From Candidatus Giovannonibacteria bacterium (GTDB taxonomy: Bacteria > Patescibacteriota > Minisyncoccia > JACPKW01 > UBA11713): a stretch of 64,000 nucleotides of DNA. The DNA is taken from NCBI GenBank assembly GCA_016186825.1, contig JACPKW010000004.1, positions 130,237 to 194,236 of the forward strand. Direction: 5' to 3'. The position numbers and the translations under genes were made by a program. The notes beneath the pieces were generated by a model. The model ran no database searches, had not been told where the DNA came from, and was given only the letters and a program-made list of their open reading frames with translations. The first letter of the stretch is position 1; every line of letters begins with the position of its first letter. Shown piece by piece: positions 1 through 8,799 of this stretch.

Positions 1-627
1 GTAAATGATGTATATACTATATTTCAAAATTTTGATGGAACTTGGTTTGTTGTCTCGCGTATAGAATCAATACCCTATGATCTGTTTCTAACTACTTTAA
101 AATTTACCGATATCTCAACCTGGAAAACCTATCGCAACGAAAAGTACGGGTTTGAGGTGAAATACCCAGAGAATTATTGGGCGAGTGTTTTGATTGAGCC
201 CGTATTTTCTTGCAAATATGATTTATTTATAGGCGAAAGTTGTAAATATTTGCTGATGACAGACAGTAAAGTCGACAACTTTGGTAGAGGGCAAATGGGG
301 TTTGGTATTGAGCATAGCAATTTAAACGAGAGTCAGATAATAGTAAAAGTTAATAAAAATAAGCTACCAACTTATGACGTCAGTTTTTCAAAAAAAGTAA
401 TTGGCGGAAAAAATGTGTCGTTTTTTAGGATTAACGATTTAGACTCGGGAACTTTTTGCCAAGACGATTCTTATATTATTCCTGTTCTAGAAGGGAGTAT
501 CGTTTTAGGATTCGGTCAATGTTCAGCTACAGGTGATGGTACGGCAGAGAAGCCGTTTATAGGTTTTATTCCTGAAGCTAAACAATTGAGTAATCAAATC
601 CTTTCCACTTTCAAATTTATCAAATAA
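1..627 (+). CDS. hypothetical secreted protein, 5'-truncated by the window edge (frame open from nt 1); paralog of 48935..49633
   Basis: Frame 1 is open from position 1. Shares the motif W(K)T(Y/H)RNE(K/E)(Y/F)GFE(V/F)(K/H)YP and an identical C-terminus STFKFIK with ORF 48935..49633. Confidence 0.6.
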   Translation, partial: VNDVYTIFQNFDGTWFVVSRIESIPYDLFLTTLKFTDISTWKTYRNEKYGFEVKYPENYWASVLIEPVFSCKYDLFIGESCKYLLMTDSKVDNFGRGQMGFGIEHSNLNESQIIVKVNKNKLPTYDVSFSKKVIGGKNVSFFRINDLDSGTFCQDDSYIIPVLEGSIVLGFGQCSATGDGTAEKPFIGFIPEAKQLSNQILSTFKFIK

Positions 628-664
628 ATTTTACATTTTGATTTCTGAATTTTAAAGTATAGAT

Positions 665-1666
665 ATGTCTATAAATCCAAAAGCGAAATTAGTTGAACAT
701 ATTCTGGATCTTCGGGCGATCGAGCAAGTGCCTACGAGAAAGGGATATGGGGAAGGGTTATTAGAAGCTGGGGAGAAAGACCCGCGCGTTGTTGCGTTGT
801 GCGCCGATCTTACGGAATCCACGCAGACGCACTTATTCGCAAAGAAATTTCCGGAGCGCTTCATCGAAATGGGAGTAGCGGAGCAGAATATGGCGACAGT
901 GGCGGCGGGACTCGCGAGCTACGGCAAAATTCCTTTTATCACAAGCTATGCCATGTTTTCGCCTGGAAGAAACTGGGAGCAAATCAGAACTACCATTTGC
1001 TATAACAATGTTCCTGTGAAAGTCATCGGATCGCATGCCGGAATTTCAGTCGGCCCGGACGGCGCTACGCACCAGGCGATTGAGGATATGGCTATTACGA
1101 GGGTAATTCCTAATATGACTGTTATTAATCCTTGCGACGTGCACGAAGCAAGAAAAGCAACGCTCGCAGCGCTTGAAGTCGGGCCGGTTTATATCCGCCT
1201 GCATCGTGAGAAGACGCCGGTGATGACTACTCCGGAAAGTCCCTTCGAAATCGGCAAAGCTGTTACCGTTTGGGATTCTGATTCAAACAGAGTTGACGCA
1301 TCGATTGTTGCCTGCGGTCCCTTGGTATATAACGCAATTCTTGCCGCCTCCGAACTTGAAAAAGAAGGATACAAAATTCGAGTGTTAAACAGCCATACGG
1401 TTAAACCGCTTGATGAGGAAGATGTTTTAAAAGCTGCGAAAGATTCTGGCGCGATTGTGACGGTTGAAGAGCATCAAATTACGGGGGGGCTCGGATCTGC
1501 AGTTGCCGAATATTTAGCAAAAAATTATCCAGTTCCTATGGAGTTTGTCGGAGTTGAAAACCGTTTTGGGGAATCTGGCGCACCCAATGAACTTTTAAAA
1601 GCGTTCGGGATGGAGAGCGCTGATATTAAAAAAGCAATATTAAAAGTTATTTCCAGAAAAAAGTAA
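665..1666 (+). CDS. transketolase, C-terminal (pyrimidine-binding + C-terminal domain) subunit
   Basis: 333 aa. FIEMGVAEQNM, GSHAGISVGPDGATHQAIEDMAI and HREKTPV are typical of split transketolase subunit B. Confidence 0.85.
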   Translation: MSINPKAKLVEHILDLRAIEQVPTRKGYGEGLLEAGEKDPRVVALCADLTESTQTHLFAKKFPERFIEMGVAEQNMATVAAGLASYGKIPFITSYAMFSPGRNWEQIRTTICYNNVPVKVIGSHAGISVGPDGATHQAIEDMAITRVIPNMTVINPCDVHEARKATLAALEVGPVYIRLHREKTPVMTTPESPFEIGKAVTVWDSDSNRVDASIVACGPLVYNAILAASELEKEGYKIRVLNSHTVKPLDEEDVLKAAKDSGAIVTVEEHQITGGLGSAVAEYLAKNYPVPMEFVGVENRFGESGAPNELLKAFGMESADIKKAILKVISRKK

Positions 1667-1668
1667 TT

Positions 1669-2658
1669 ATGGAAAAATACGATTTCATTTCGATCGGCGA
1701 TACGGTAACTGATGCTTTCATTAAATTGAAAGACACTTCCGCTCATCTCGATATAGATAAAGGGACGAGAGAATTATGCATGGGCTTTGCGGATAAAATT
1801 CCCTATGAAGATGTTTTTGTTGTGCCCGCTGTTGGGAATAGCGCGAATGCTGCCGTTGCTGCTGCGCGCCTCGGCCTCAAAAGCGCGCTTGTTTCAAATG
1901 TGGGCGGTGATTATTTTGGCGATGAATGTTTAGAGGCGCTTAGGAAAGAAAATGTCGGCACGAATTTTGTTATTAAGAACACCGGACGCAAAACCAACTA
2001 TCACTACGTTTTGTGGTACGACGATGACCGCACGATTTTGATTAAACACGAAGAATACGATTATATTTTTCCGGATATTGACGATCCCGCTTGGATTTAC
2101 CTCTCATCCGCCGCGGAAAATTCGCTTCCGTTCCATGATGTGCTTCTTGGATATCTTGAAGCGCGCCCGAATATCAAGCTAGCGTTTCAGCCCGGCACTT
2201 TTCAGATGAAATTCGGGAAAGAACGTTTAGCCGGATTATATAGGCGCTCGGATGTATTTATCTCCAACAAGGAGGAGTCAGAGCGAATTCTTAAAACCGA
2301 AGAAAATGATATAAAAAAATTGCTGGAAATGATCCGCGCGCTTGGGCCTAAAATCGCGGTAATTACCGACGGTGTTAAGGGCGCTTACGCTTCAGACGGC
2401 GAGAAAGCTTTGTTCATGCCGCCATATCCTGATCCGAAACCGCCGCTCGAGCGCACTGGCGCAGGAGATGCCTTCTCTTCGACATTTGTTGCAGTAATCG
2501 CGCTTGGCAAATCGGTTGAGGACGCATTAATGCGCGCCCCCGTTAACTCAATGTCTGTTGTTCAGTATGTCGGCGCTCGCGAGGGTTTATTGAACATGAA
2601 TCAAATTGAGGAGTTTTTGAAAAATGCTCCACATGACTACAAGCCTACTTCGATATAG
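1669..2658 (+). CDS. PfkB-family carbohydrate kinase (ribokinase-like)
   Basis: GNSANAAVAAARLG near the N-terminus and TGAGDAFSS near the C-terminus are PfkB signatures. Confidence 0.8.
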   Translation: MEKYDFISIGDTVTDAFIKLKDTSAHLDIDKGTRELCMGFADKIPYEDVFVVPAVGNSANAAVAAARLGLKSALVSNVGGDYFGDECLEALRKENVGTNFVIKNTGRKTNYHYVLWYDDDRTILIKHEEYDYIFPDIDDPAWIYLSSAAENSLPFHDVLLGYLEARPNIKLAFQPGTFQMKFGKERLAGLYRRSDVFISNKEESERILKTEENDIKKLLEMIRALGPKIAVITDGVKGAYASDGEKALFMPPYPDPKPPLERTGAGDAFSSTFVAVIALGKSVEDALMRAPVNSMSVVQYVGAREGLLNMNQIEEFLKNAPHDYKPTSI

Positions 2659-2740
2659 AATTAAACCATGGGGTACGGAGGTGTTGAATTTGAACCGGGC
2701 GGCGGCCCTGAAATAAAAAGAGGATCTATGCAGGCAGGCG

Positions 2741-3406
2741 ATGGAAGCGGAAGTTCAAAAATGGCTTCTTGGCTGGTTAAGCGCGGAGTGGTCAAAACAG
2801 GGAAACAGGCGACGGTTTTTTTGGTTAGCATTGCTATTATATTTTTTATTATTTCTTTATTTTTCTGGATTGGCGCATTCTAATTTTTTAAAAATCAGTA
2901 AACGAGGCTTCACTTTGATAGAACTTATGGTGGTAATTGCCATCATAAGCCTGCTTTCAAGTCTGGTTATTGCACAATTGCAGGACGCAAGAAAAAAGGC
3001 GCGGGCGGTCAGAAGAATTGAAGATTTAAAAACCATGCGGGATGCAATCGAGCTTTATGCGCAGTCTGGATCGTACCCGGTTAACGCAGACGGTAGCGCA
3101 TTTTGGTGGGATTGTTATCCTAATAACACTCATTACAACGATTTTATTCCCGGAATGAGTGCTTATTTACCAACTCTTCCTCACGATCCTTCGCAAGGTC
3201 AAAATTGTCAAAATGGAGGTAATGCTAAATTTAATTATTCTTATCGTTCCAATGGAATAGAATACAAAATCGAGGTTCAGGTTCCCAACGGAACAATGGA
3301 ATACTGTGACTTTGGAAAAAATCTAGGTTTTGAAGATCCAGTCCGTCCTTGCACGAGCGGTGATCCTGCCTGGGCAGTTTATTCTCCCGGCGCGAGCGGG
3401 TGGTAA
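2741..3406 (+). CDS. type IV pilin-like protein (prepilin N-terminal cleavage/methylation domain); the true start is probably the TTG at ~2870
   Basis: KRG|FTLIELMVVIAIISLL is a class III signal peptide. An in-frame TTG at 2870 gives the short basic leader MAHSNFLKISKRG before the G|F cleavage site. Confidence 0.75.
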   Translation: MEAEVQKWLLGWLSAEWSKQGNRRRFFWLALLLYFLLFLYFSGLAHSNFLKISKRGFTLIELMVVIAIISLLSSLVIAQLQDARKKARAVRRIEDLKTMRDAIELYAQSGSYPVNADGSAFWWDCYPNNTHYNDFIPGMSAYLPTLPHDPSQGQNCQNGGNAKFNYSYRSNGIEYKIEVQVPNGTMEYCDFGKNLGFEDPVRPCTSGDPAWAVYSPGASGW

Positions 3407-4284
3407 ATATGAGCAGTTTGGAAAAAATTTTGCATATAGCGTTCAAAGAAAAATGGTCAACAGGCCATTTTAATTTTTCGGAATCCGACCAGCTCCGCGC
3501 AATTTGCGAAGCTGCGGCTGAATTAAAATCTCCGGTGCTTGTGGGAACATCCGAAGGCGAAGCAAAGCACATGGGCTATTTAGAAGCGCGAGCATTGGTA
3601 GATGCTTTCAAACAAGAGCTCGGCGTTCCTATTTTTTTAAACTCCGACCATCATAAAAGCGTCGCGGCTGCTAAACGCGCGATCGACGCAGGGTATGACT
3701 CGATTCACATCGATCTTTCTGCTTCGCCATTCGAAGAAAATGTTCGCGGCACAAAAGAAATAGTTGAATATGCAAATTCAAAATTTTCAATTTTCAATTT
3801 ACAATTTTCAATCGAGGGAGAATTAGGCTATTTAAGGGGGGACTCAAAAATCGAGAAGGAAAAAATTGAAGTTAAAAAAGAAGATTACACAAATCCCGAT
3901 GAAGCCGGGCGATTTGTGCAAAAAACCGGTATTAACCGGCTTGCGATTTCTGTGGGCAACATTCATGGTATTTCTTTGGATGAGCCTGATTTGGATATTG
4001 AATTAATTAAAAAAATTCGCACGGCTTTGCCGGAAAATGTTGCGCTGGTTTTGCACGCGGGATCGGGCATTCCAGATGAAATGATTAAAAAAGCGATCGA
4101 AGCTGGAATTTCGAATATTCATATTAATACCGATATCCGACTGGCATATGCTTCAGCTCTGCGCGCTCAACTCGAGCAAAGCGAAGAGACAACTCCTTAC
4201 AAATTTGATGCGTCTGCGCGCGAGGCTTTAAAAAAAGTTGTGAAGGAAAAATTAGAATTATTCGGATCAGTCAATAGAATATAA
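3400..4284 (+). CDS. fba: class II fructose/tagatose-bisphosphate aldolase
   Basis: Class II FBA motifs LNSDHHKS, GNIHGIS and LHAGSGIPDE. Contains an internal AATTTTC x4 tandem repeat at 3778-3812 encoding SKFSIFNLQFSIE. Confidence 0.8.
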   Translation: MVNMSSLEKILHIAFKEKWSTGHFNFSESDQLRAICEAAAELKSPVLVGTSEGEAKHMGYLEARALVDAFKQELGVPIFLNSDHHKSVAAAKRAIDAGYDSIHIDLSASPFEENVRGTKEIVEYANSKFSIFNLQFSIEGELGYLRGDSKIEKEKIEVKKEDYTNPDEAGRFVQKTGINRLAISVGNIHGISLDEPDLDIELIKKIRTALPENVALVLHAGSGIPDEMIKKAIEAGISNIHINTDIRLAYASALRAQLEQSEETTPYKFDASAREALKKVVKEKLELFGSVNRI

Positions 4285-4286
4285 AT

Positions 4287-5258
4287 ATGCCTAAAGTTTT
4301 TGTAACGCGAATAATACCGGATGCGGGCATTAATAAATTAACCAGGGCGGGATACGAAGTTCATCTTAACCCCGAAGACAGAGTGCTCCAAAAAGACGAG
4401 CTGATCGGTCTTCTCGAAAAAGAAAGATACGATGCGGTGCTCGCGCTCTTAACTGATAAACTTGATAAAGATATTTTTAAAGCCGCTGGTCCGCAGTGCA
4501 AAATTTTTTCAAATATGGCGGTAGGTTTTGATAATGTGGATTTAGACGCAGCGAAAGAAATGCAAATAATGGTTTCAAATACGCCGGGCGTTCTCACGGA
4601 TACGGTTGCGGAACATACTTTTGCGCTCTTGCTCGCAATCGCGCATAGAATTTCTGAAGCAGATAATTTTACACGCGCCGGCAAATATCATGGCTGGGAG
4701 CCGATGATGCTTTTAGGCTCTGACGTTTCTAAAAAGACTCTCGGCATAATCGGGCTTGGACGCATTGGCTCGCGCGTGGCGTATCACGCCCGAAAAGGAT
4801 TCGATATGAACGTAATTTATTATGATGTTAAAAGAAGCGAGGATTTTGAAAGAGAATTCGGCGCAACTTTTTCTTCAGATGTAGAAGGTGTTTTAAAAGC
4901 CGCCGATTTTGTATCAATTCATGTCCCGCTTATGGAGCAAACGAGACATTTGATAAATGCCGAACGTCTGAAACTTATGAAAAAAAGCGCTTACCTTATT
5001 AATACCTCAAGAGGGCCGATCATAGATGAGAAGGCCTTGGCAGGGGCGCTTAAATCTGGCATTATACGGGGCGCCGCTCTCGATGTTTTCGAGGCGGAAC
5101 CAAAAGTTGAACCAGAGCTTCTTAAATTAAACAATGTGATTTTAACGCCGCATATCGCATCTGCTACCGAGGAAACTCGCGATAAAATGGCGGAGCTTGC
5201 GGCGTTTAATATAATAGAGGCTCTCGAGGGCAGAACGCCTCCGAATCTCGTCAAATAA
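4287..5258 (+). CDS. D-isomer-specific 2-hydroxyacid dehydrogenase (glyoxylate/hydroxypyruvate reductase-like)
   Basis: NAD-binding GLGRIGSRVA, and INTSRGPIIDE...ALDVFEAEP. Confidence 0.85.
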   Translation: MPKVFVTRIIPDAGINKLTRAGYEVHLNPEDRVLQKDELIGLLEKERYDAVLALLTDKLDKDIFKAAGPQCKIFSNMAVGFDNVDLDAAKEMQIMVSNTPGVLTDTVAEHTFALLLAIAHRISEADNFTRAGKYHGWEPMMLLGSDVSKKTLGIIGLGRIGSRVAYHARKGFDMNVIYYDVKRSEDFEREFGATFSSDVEGVLKAADFVSIHVPLMEQTRHLINAERLKLMKKSAYLINTSRGPIIDEKALAGALKSGIIRGAALDVFEAEPKVEPELLKLNNVILTPHIASATEETRDKMAELAAFNIIEALEGRTPPNLVK

Positions 5259-5263
5259 TAACA

Positions 5264-6271
5264 ATGCTCAAAAATAATAAAGGATTATTTTTCTCTCTTA
5301 TTTTTTCTATTGTTTTAATTTTTTTCCTTTGGGGAATAAACATTTTTTTGAATGGATTTTTTGAAAAAGCTTACGTAAATATCGACGGCAACAACAGGGC
5401 AGAAAATCAGGGGGCGCTCGTCTATACAGAAGATTCGGAAATCACACTGGGGTTCGTTGGAGATATCATGCTTGATCGCGGTGTTCTCTACAAACTAAAT
5501 AAATACGGCGGAGGAGATTTCTATTTTCCTTTTTTGAGAATTTACGAAGAGCTGCGCAAATATGATATTCTTTTCGGGAATCTTGAAGGCCCGATTTCTG
5601 ACAAAGGCATAAATCAAGGGTCTATGTATTCTTTTCGAATGGATCCGCGAGCGGCGGATGCTTTGAAATTCGCGGGTTTTGACATTGTTTCGGTAGCAAA
5701 TAATCACGCAAATGATTGGGGACACGAAGCGTATCTCGATACTTTCGCACGGCTGGATTCAGCGGGAATTAATTATGTTGGAGGAGGCGTAAATTTCGAA
5801 GAAGTGTGGAAAATAAAAATAATTGAAAAAAATAATTTGAAAGTTGCTTTTGTAGCCGCGAGCCAGTTTGGGAATCCAAAAAATCTAATGGCCGTGATCG
5901 ATGGAGAAAAAATTAAAGAGGCTTTGAAAGAGGCAAAGGAAAATGCAGATATAGCCGTGATCTCGCTTCATTTCGGGGATGAATACAAGGAGGAGCCGAA
6001 TGATTACCAGCGAAAGATTGCGGAAATGTCTGTGGAAAATGGCGCTGATCTTGTGATCGGGCATCACCCGCATGTAATAGAGAATTTGGAAAAATACAGA
6101 AATTCGTATATTGCATACAGCCTCGGGAATTTTATTTTCGATCAGTATTTCTCTCTAGAAACAATGCAAGGAGGCGTGCTTGATGTCAAAATCAAGAATA
6201 AAAAGATTGAGGGCGCAACTTTGAGGACGGTAAAGCTGAATTCAATGTATCAGCCTGCTTTTGTGGATTAA
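5264..6271 (+). CDS. CapA/PgsA-family metallophosphoesterase with N-terminal TM helix
   Basis: GDIMLDRG, ANNHANDWG and GHHPHV motifs of the poly-gamma-glutamate capsule CapA family. Confidence 0.75.
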   Translation: MLKNNKGLFFSLIFSIVLIFFLWGINIFLNGFFEKAYVNIDGNNRAENQGALVYTEDSEITLGFVGDIMLDRGVLYKLNKYGGGDFYFPFLRIYEELRKYDILFGNLEGPISDKGINQGSMYSFRMDPRAADALKFAGFDIVSVANNHANDWGHEAYLDTFARLDSAGINYVGGGVNFEEVWKIKIIEKNNLKVAFVAASQFGNPKNLMAVIDGEKIKEALKEAKENADIAVISLHFGDEYKEEPNDYQRKIAEMSVENGADLVIGHHPHVIENLEKYRNSYIAYSLGNFIFDQYFSLETMQGGVLDVKIKNKKIEGATLRTVKLNSMYQPAFVD

Positions 6272-6309
6272 ACTTGCTTTTAAAAATTTTCTATGCTTAA
6301 CTTTTATTT

Positions 6310-6978
6310 ATGATTTCTCTTAGAGCGGACAAACGCGGAATTACAGGAAAAAAAGTGAAAAATATCCGTGAAAGCGGCAGAATCCCTGCGGTGCTTTATG
6401 GCGCGGGTGAAAATAGCTTGCTTTTGGAAGTAAACCGCAAGGATTTGGAGAAAGCTTTCCGCGAAGCAGGGGAATCAAGTTTGGTTGAACTTGAAGTGGG
6501 GGATGCCAAAAAGAACGTTTTGATACACGATGTTGCATATGGCGCAATTAAAGGGGAACTTTTACATGTCGATTTCTTGCAGGTAAGGATGGATAAGCCG
6601 ATTAGCGCGGATGTCTTATTGGAGTTTGAAGGCGAATCTCCGGCTGTTAAGAATTTGGGGGGCGTACTCGTCAAAGTAGTTAGAGTGATAGAGGTAGAAG
6701 CTCTGCCGCAAAATTTGCCGCACAGCATTAACGTTGATTTATCTGGGCTCGAAAATATAGAAGATAAGTTTCTTGTCAAAGACTTAAAACTGCCCGAAGG
6801 CGTAACTGTTCATACAGAACCGGAAGACGTTTTGGCGCTTATTGAAGCGCCTCGTGAGGAAGAAGAAATTAAAACCGAAGAAACGGAGCCATCGCTCGAG
6901 TCAATTGAAGTAGTTGGCAAGAAGAAGGAGAAAACTGTAGAAGGCGAAGAGGAAGAAGCAGCAGAAGCGGAAAAATAG
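6310..6978 (+). CDS. rplY: ribosomal protein L25 (Ctc form) with acidic C-terminal tail
   Basis: RIPAVLYGAG and HVDFLQV are L25 motifs. The tail is Glu-rich. Confidence 0.8.
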   Translation: MISLRADKRGITGKKVKNIRESGRIPAVLYGAGENSLLLEVNRKDLEKAFREAGESSLVELEVGDAKKNVLIHDVAYGAIKGELLHVDFLQVRMDKPISADVLLEFEGESPAVKNLGGVLVKVVRVIEVEALPQNLPHSINVDLSGLENIEDKFLVKDLKLPEGVTVHTEPEDVLALIEAPREEEEIKTEETEPSLESIEVVGKKKEKTVEGEEEEAAEAEK

Positions 6979-7018
6979 CGAAAAAACAAAATTTCATCGA
7001 ATTTGCTATAATAAAGCA

Positions 7019-8386
7019 ATGGCGTTAAAAAAACGAACCAAATATTTTCTCGGGGCTTTAATGCTTATTTTTTTTGTGTCCCTAGCAGAGATGACTCCCG
7101 TTTCTAATTTTTTTAATACTTTATCTGCCTTGGCGCAGTCTAGTGTAAATCCAGTTTCAGTTAATCAGAGGCGCGCCCAGTTGGAAGCGGAACTTGCGCA
7201 AATTGAAAAGGAAATTGCGAATTACCAGGATTCCATTAAAACAAAACAAGCCGAAGCAAGAACTTTGGAGAGGGATATTTCGATTCTTGAAGCCCAGATC
7301 GCGAAATCAAAACTTGAAATAAAAGCGCGTAATATTACAATTGGAAATCTGCAAGGCTCGATTGAAGATAAATCCAAAGTTATCGGCGAACTCACGGACA
7401 AGATTGAAAAAGAAAAAGAAACGTTGGCGGAACTTTTGAGGCGGCTTCAGGAGCTCGATCAGGTTTCTATGCTCGAAACAGTTCTCGTGTATCGCAATCT
7501 TTCTGATTTTTTTGTTCAGGCGGATTCTTTGAACACGCTTCAATCTTCAATTCAGAATTCTGTGCGGAAAATAAAAATTGATAAAGCCGAAACAGAAGAC
7601 GTGAAAAAAGATCTTGAAGAAAGAAGGGCAGAGGAGCTCGAGTTGAAAGATATCCAGGTTATGGAACAAAAACGGATTCAACAGAGAGAAAGTGAAAGAA
7701 AAACAATTCTTGCCGAAACCAGACGAAGCGAAAAAGAATACCAGAAAGTTTTAACGAACAAAGCTAAAGATGCAGCCTCGATTCGTTCGCAGCTTTTCAT
7801 GCTTAACGGAAGTCCTGCGATTCCTTTTGCAAAAGCGCTCGAGTACGCGCTGACCGCTGAAAAAAGTACGGGAGTCCGTCCTGCGTTTCTTTTGGGAATA
7901 ATTACTGAAGAATCAAATCTTGGAGCAAATGTCGGCACAGGAAATTGGAAAGAAGATCTCTCGCATGCGCGCTGCGCAAAACAAAGGACAGCTTTTCAGG
8001 ATATTACTTCGCGTCTGGGTTTGAATCCCGATTTTGTTCCCGTTTCGAAAAGGGCCTGGTACGGATACTGCGGCGGTGCAATGGGACCGGCGCAATTTAT
8101 TCCCACTACGTGGCTTTTATATGAAGATCGGATTGCCGCAGCAACCGGGCACAATCCGCCGAATCCCTGGGATCCGCGTGATGCGTTTGTCGCATCAGCT
8201 TTGCTCCTTAGTGATAACGGAGCCGCTTCGAGGACCTATAAGGCTGAACATACGGCGGCGCTCAAATACTTAGCTGGATCAAACTGGTCTAAACCGGCTT
8301 ATCGTTTTTATGGTGATGAAGTAATGGCTTTTGCTTCTAAGTATCAGGACCAAATAGATCTACTCTCGAGATACGCGTCTCGCTAA
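7019..8386 (+). CDS. membrane-anchored coiled-coil protein with C-terminal MltB-like lytic transglycosylase domain
   Basis: N-terminal TM helix, ~250 aa of heptad-rich coiled coil, then GAMGPAQFIPTTW (MltB-type QFMPSTW motif). Confidence 0.7.
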   Translation: MALKKRTKYFLGALMLIFFVSLAEMTPVSNFFNTLSALAQSSVNPVSVNQRRAQLEAELAQIEKEIANYQDSIKTKQAEARTLERDISILEAQIAKSKLEIKARNITIGNLQGSIEDKSKVIGELTDKIEKEKETLAELLRRLQELDQVSMLETVLVYRNLSDFFVQADSLNTLQSSIQNSVRKIKIDKAETEDVKKDLEERRAEELELKDIQVMEQKRIQQRESERKTILAETRRSEKEYQKVLTNKAKDAASIRSQLFMLNGSPAIPFAKALEYALTAEKSTGVRPAFLLGIITEESNLGANVGTGNWKEDLSHARCAKQRTAFQDITSRLGLNPDFVPVSKRAWYGYCGGAMGPAQFIPTTWLLYEDRIAAATGHNPPNPWDPRDAFVASALLLSDNGAASRTYKAEHTAALKYLAGSNWSKPAYRFYGDEVMAFASKYQDQIDLLSRYASR

Positions 8387-8471
8387 GGAAGATAAAAATA
8401 CTTACAATCTGATAAACCTTAATACTCCCTTATAAAAAAATCTCAACTTTTTTGTTTTTATGAATTAAAAA

Positions 8472-8512
8472 AGCCCGAGAAGCAGTTAATATTTAGCTTT
8501 CGGGCTGTTTTT
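8472..8512 (+). terminator. rho-independent terminator after the transglycosylase gene
   Basis: AGCCCGAGAAG ... CTTTCGGGCT hairpin followed by GTTTTT. Confidence 0.5.
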
Positions 8513-8799
8513 CCCTCCTATTACGATTCCTCCTTTATTGGGAGAAAAGAACAATAATTTGGAAAGAACTACAGCCGTAATATCAATATAATTATGATTT
8601 AAAATCTGCTTTTTAGCAATAAAAATTTATCCACACTGGCAAGCTCAAATATAATGTAGAATTTAAATAGCTGGTGGGGTTAGTTCTAAAGTGGGAGAAA
8701 AGACAAAAACCGCACCAAAAATCTAAAGCTAGTTTTTATGAGTAGGCTTTCGAGGCCTATTTTTGTTTTGTATCAAATTTTATTGGTTTAATCATTTTT

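Noticed and set aside
2668-2883. 71-aa ORF between the PfkB kinase and the pilin gene
   Set aside because: It overlaps the likely pilin start region and its translation is Gly-rich with no motif. A small TM protein is possible, but evidence is insufficient.
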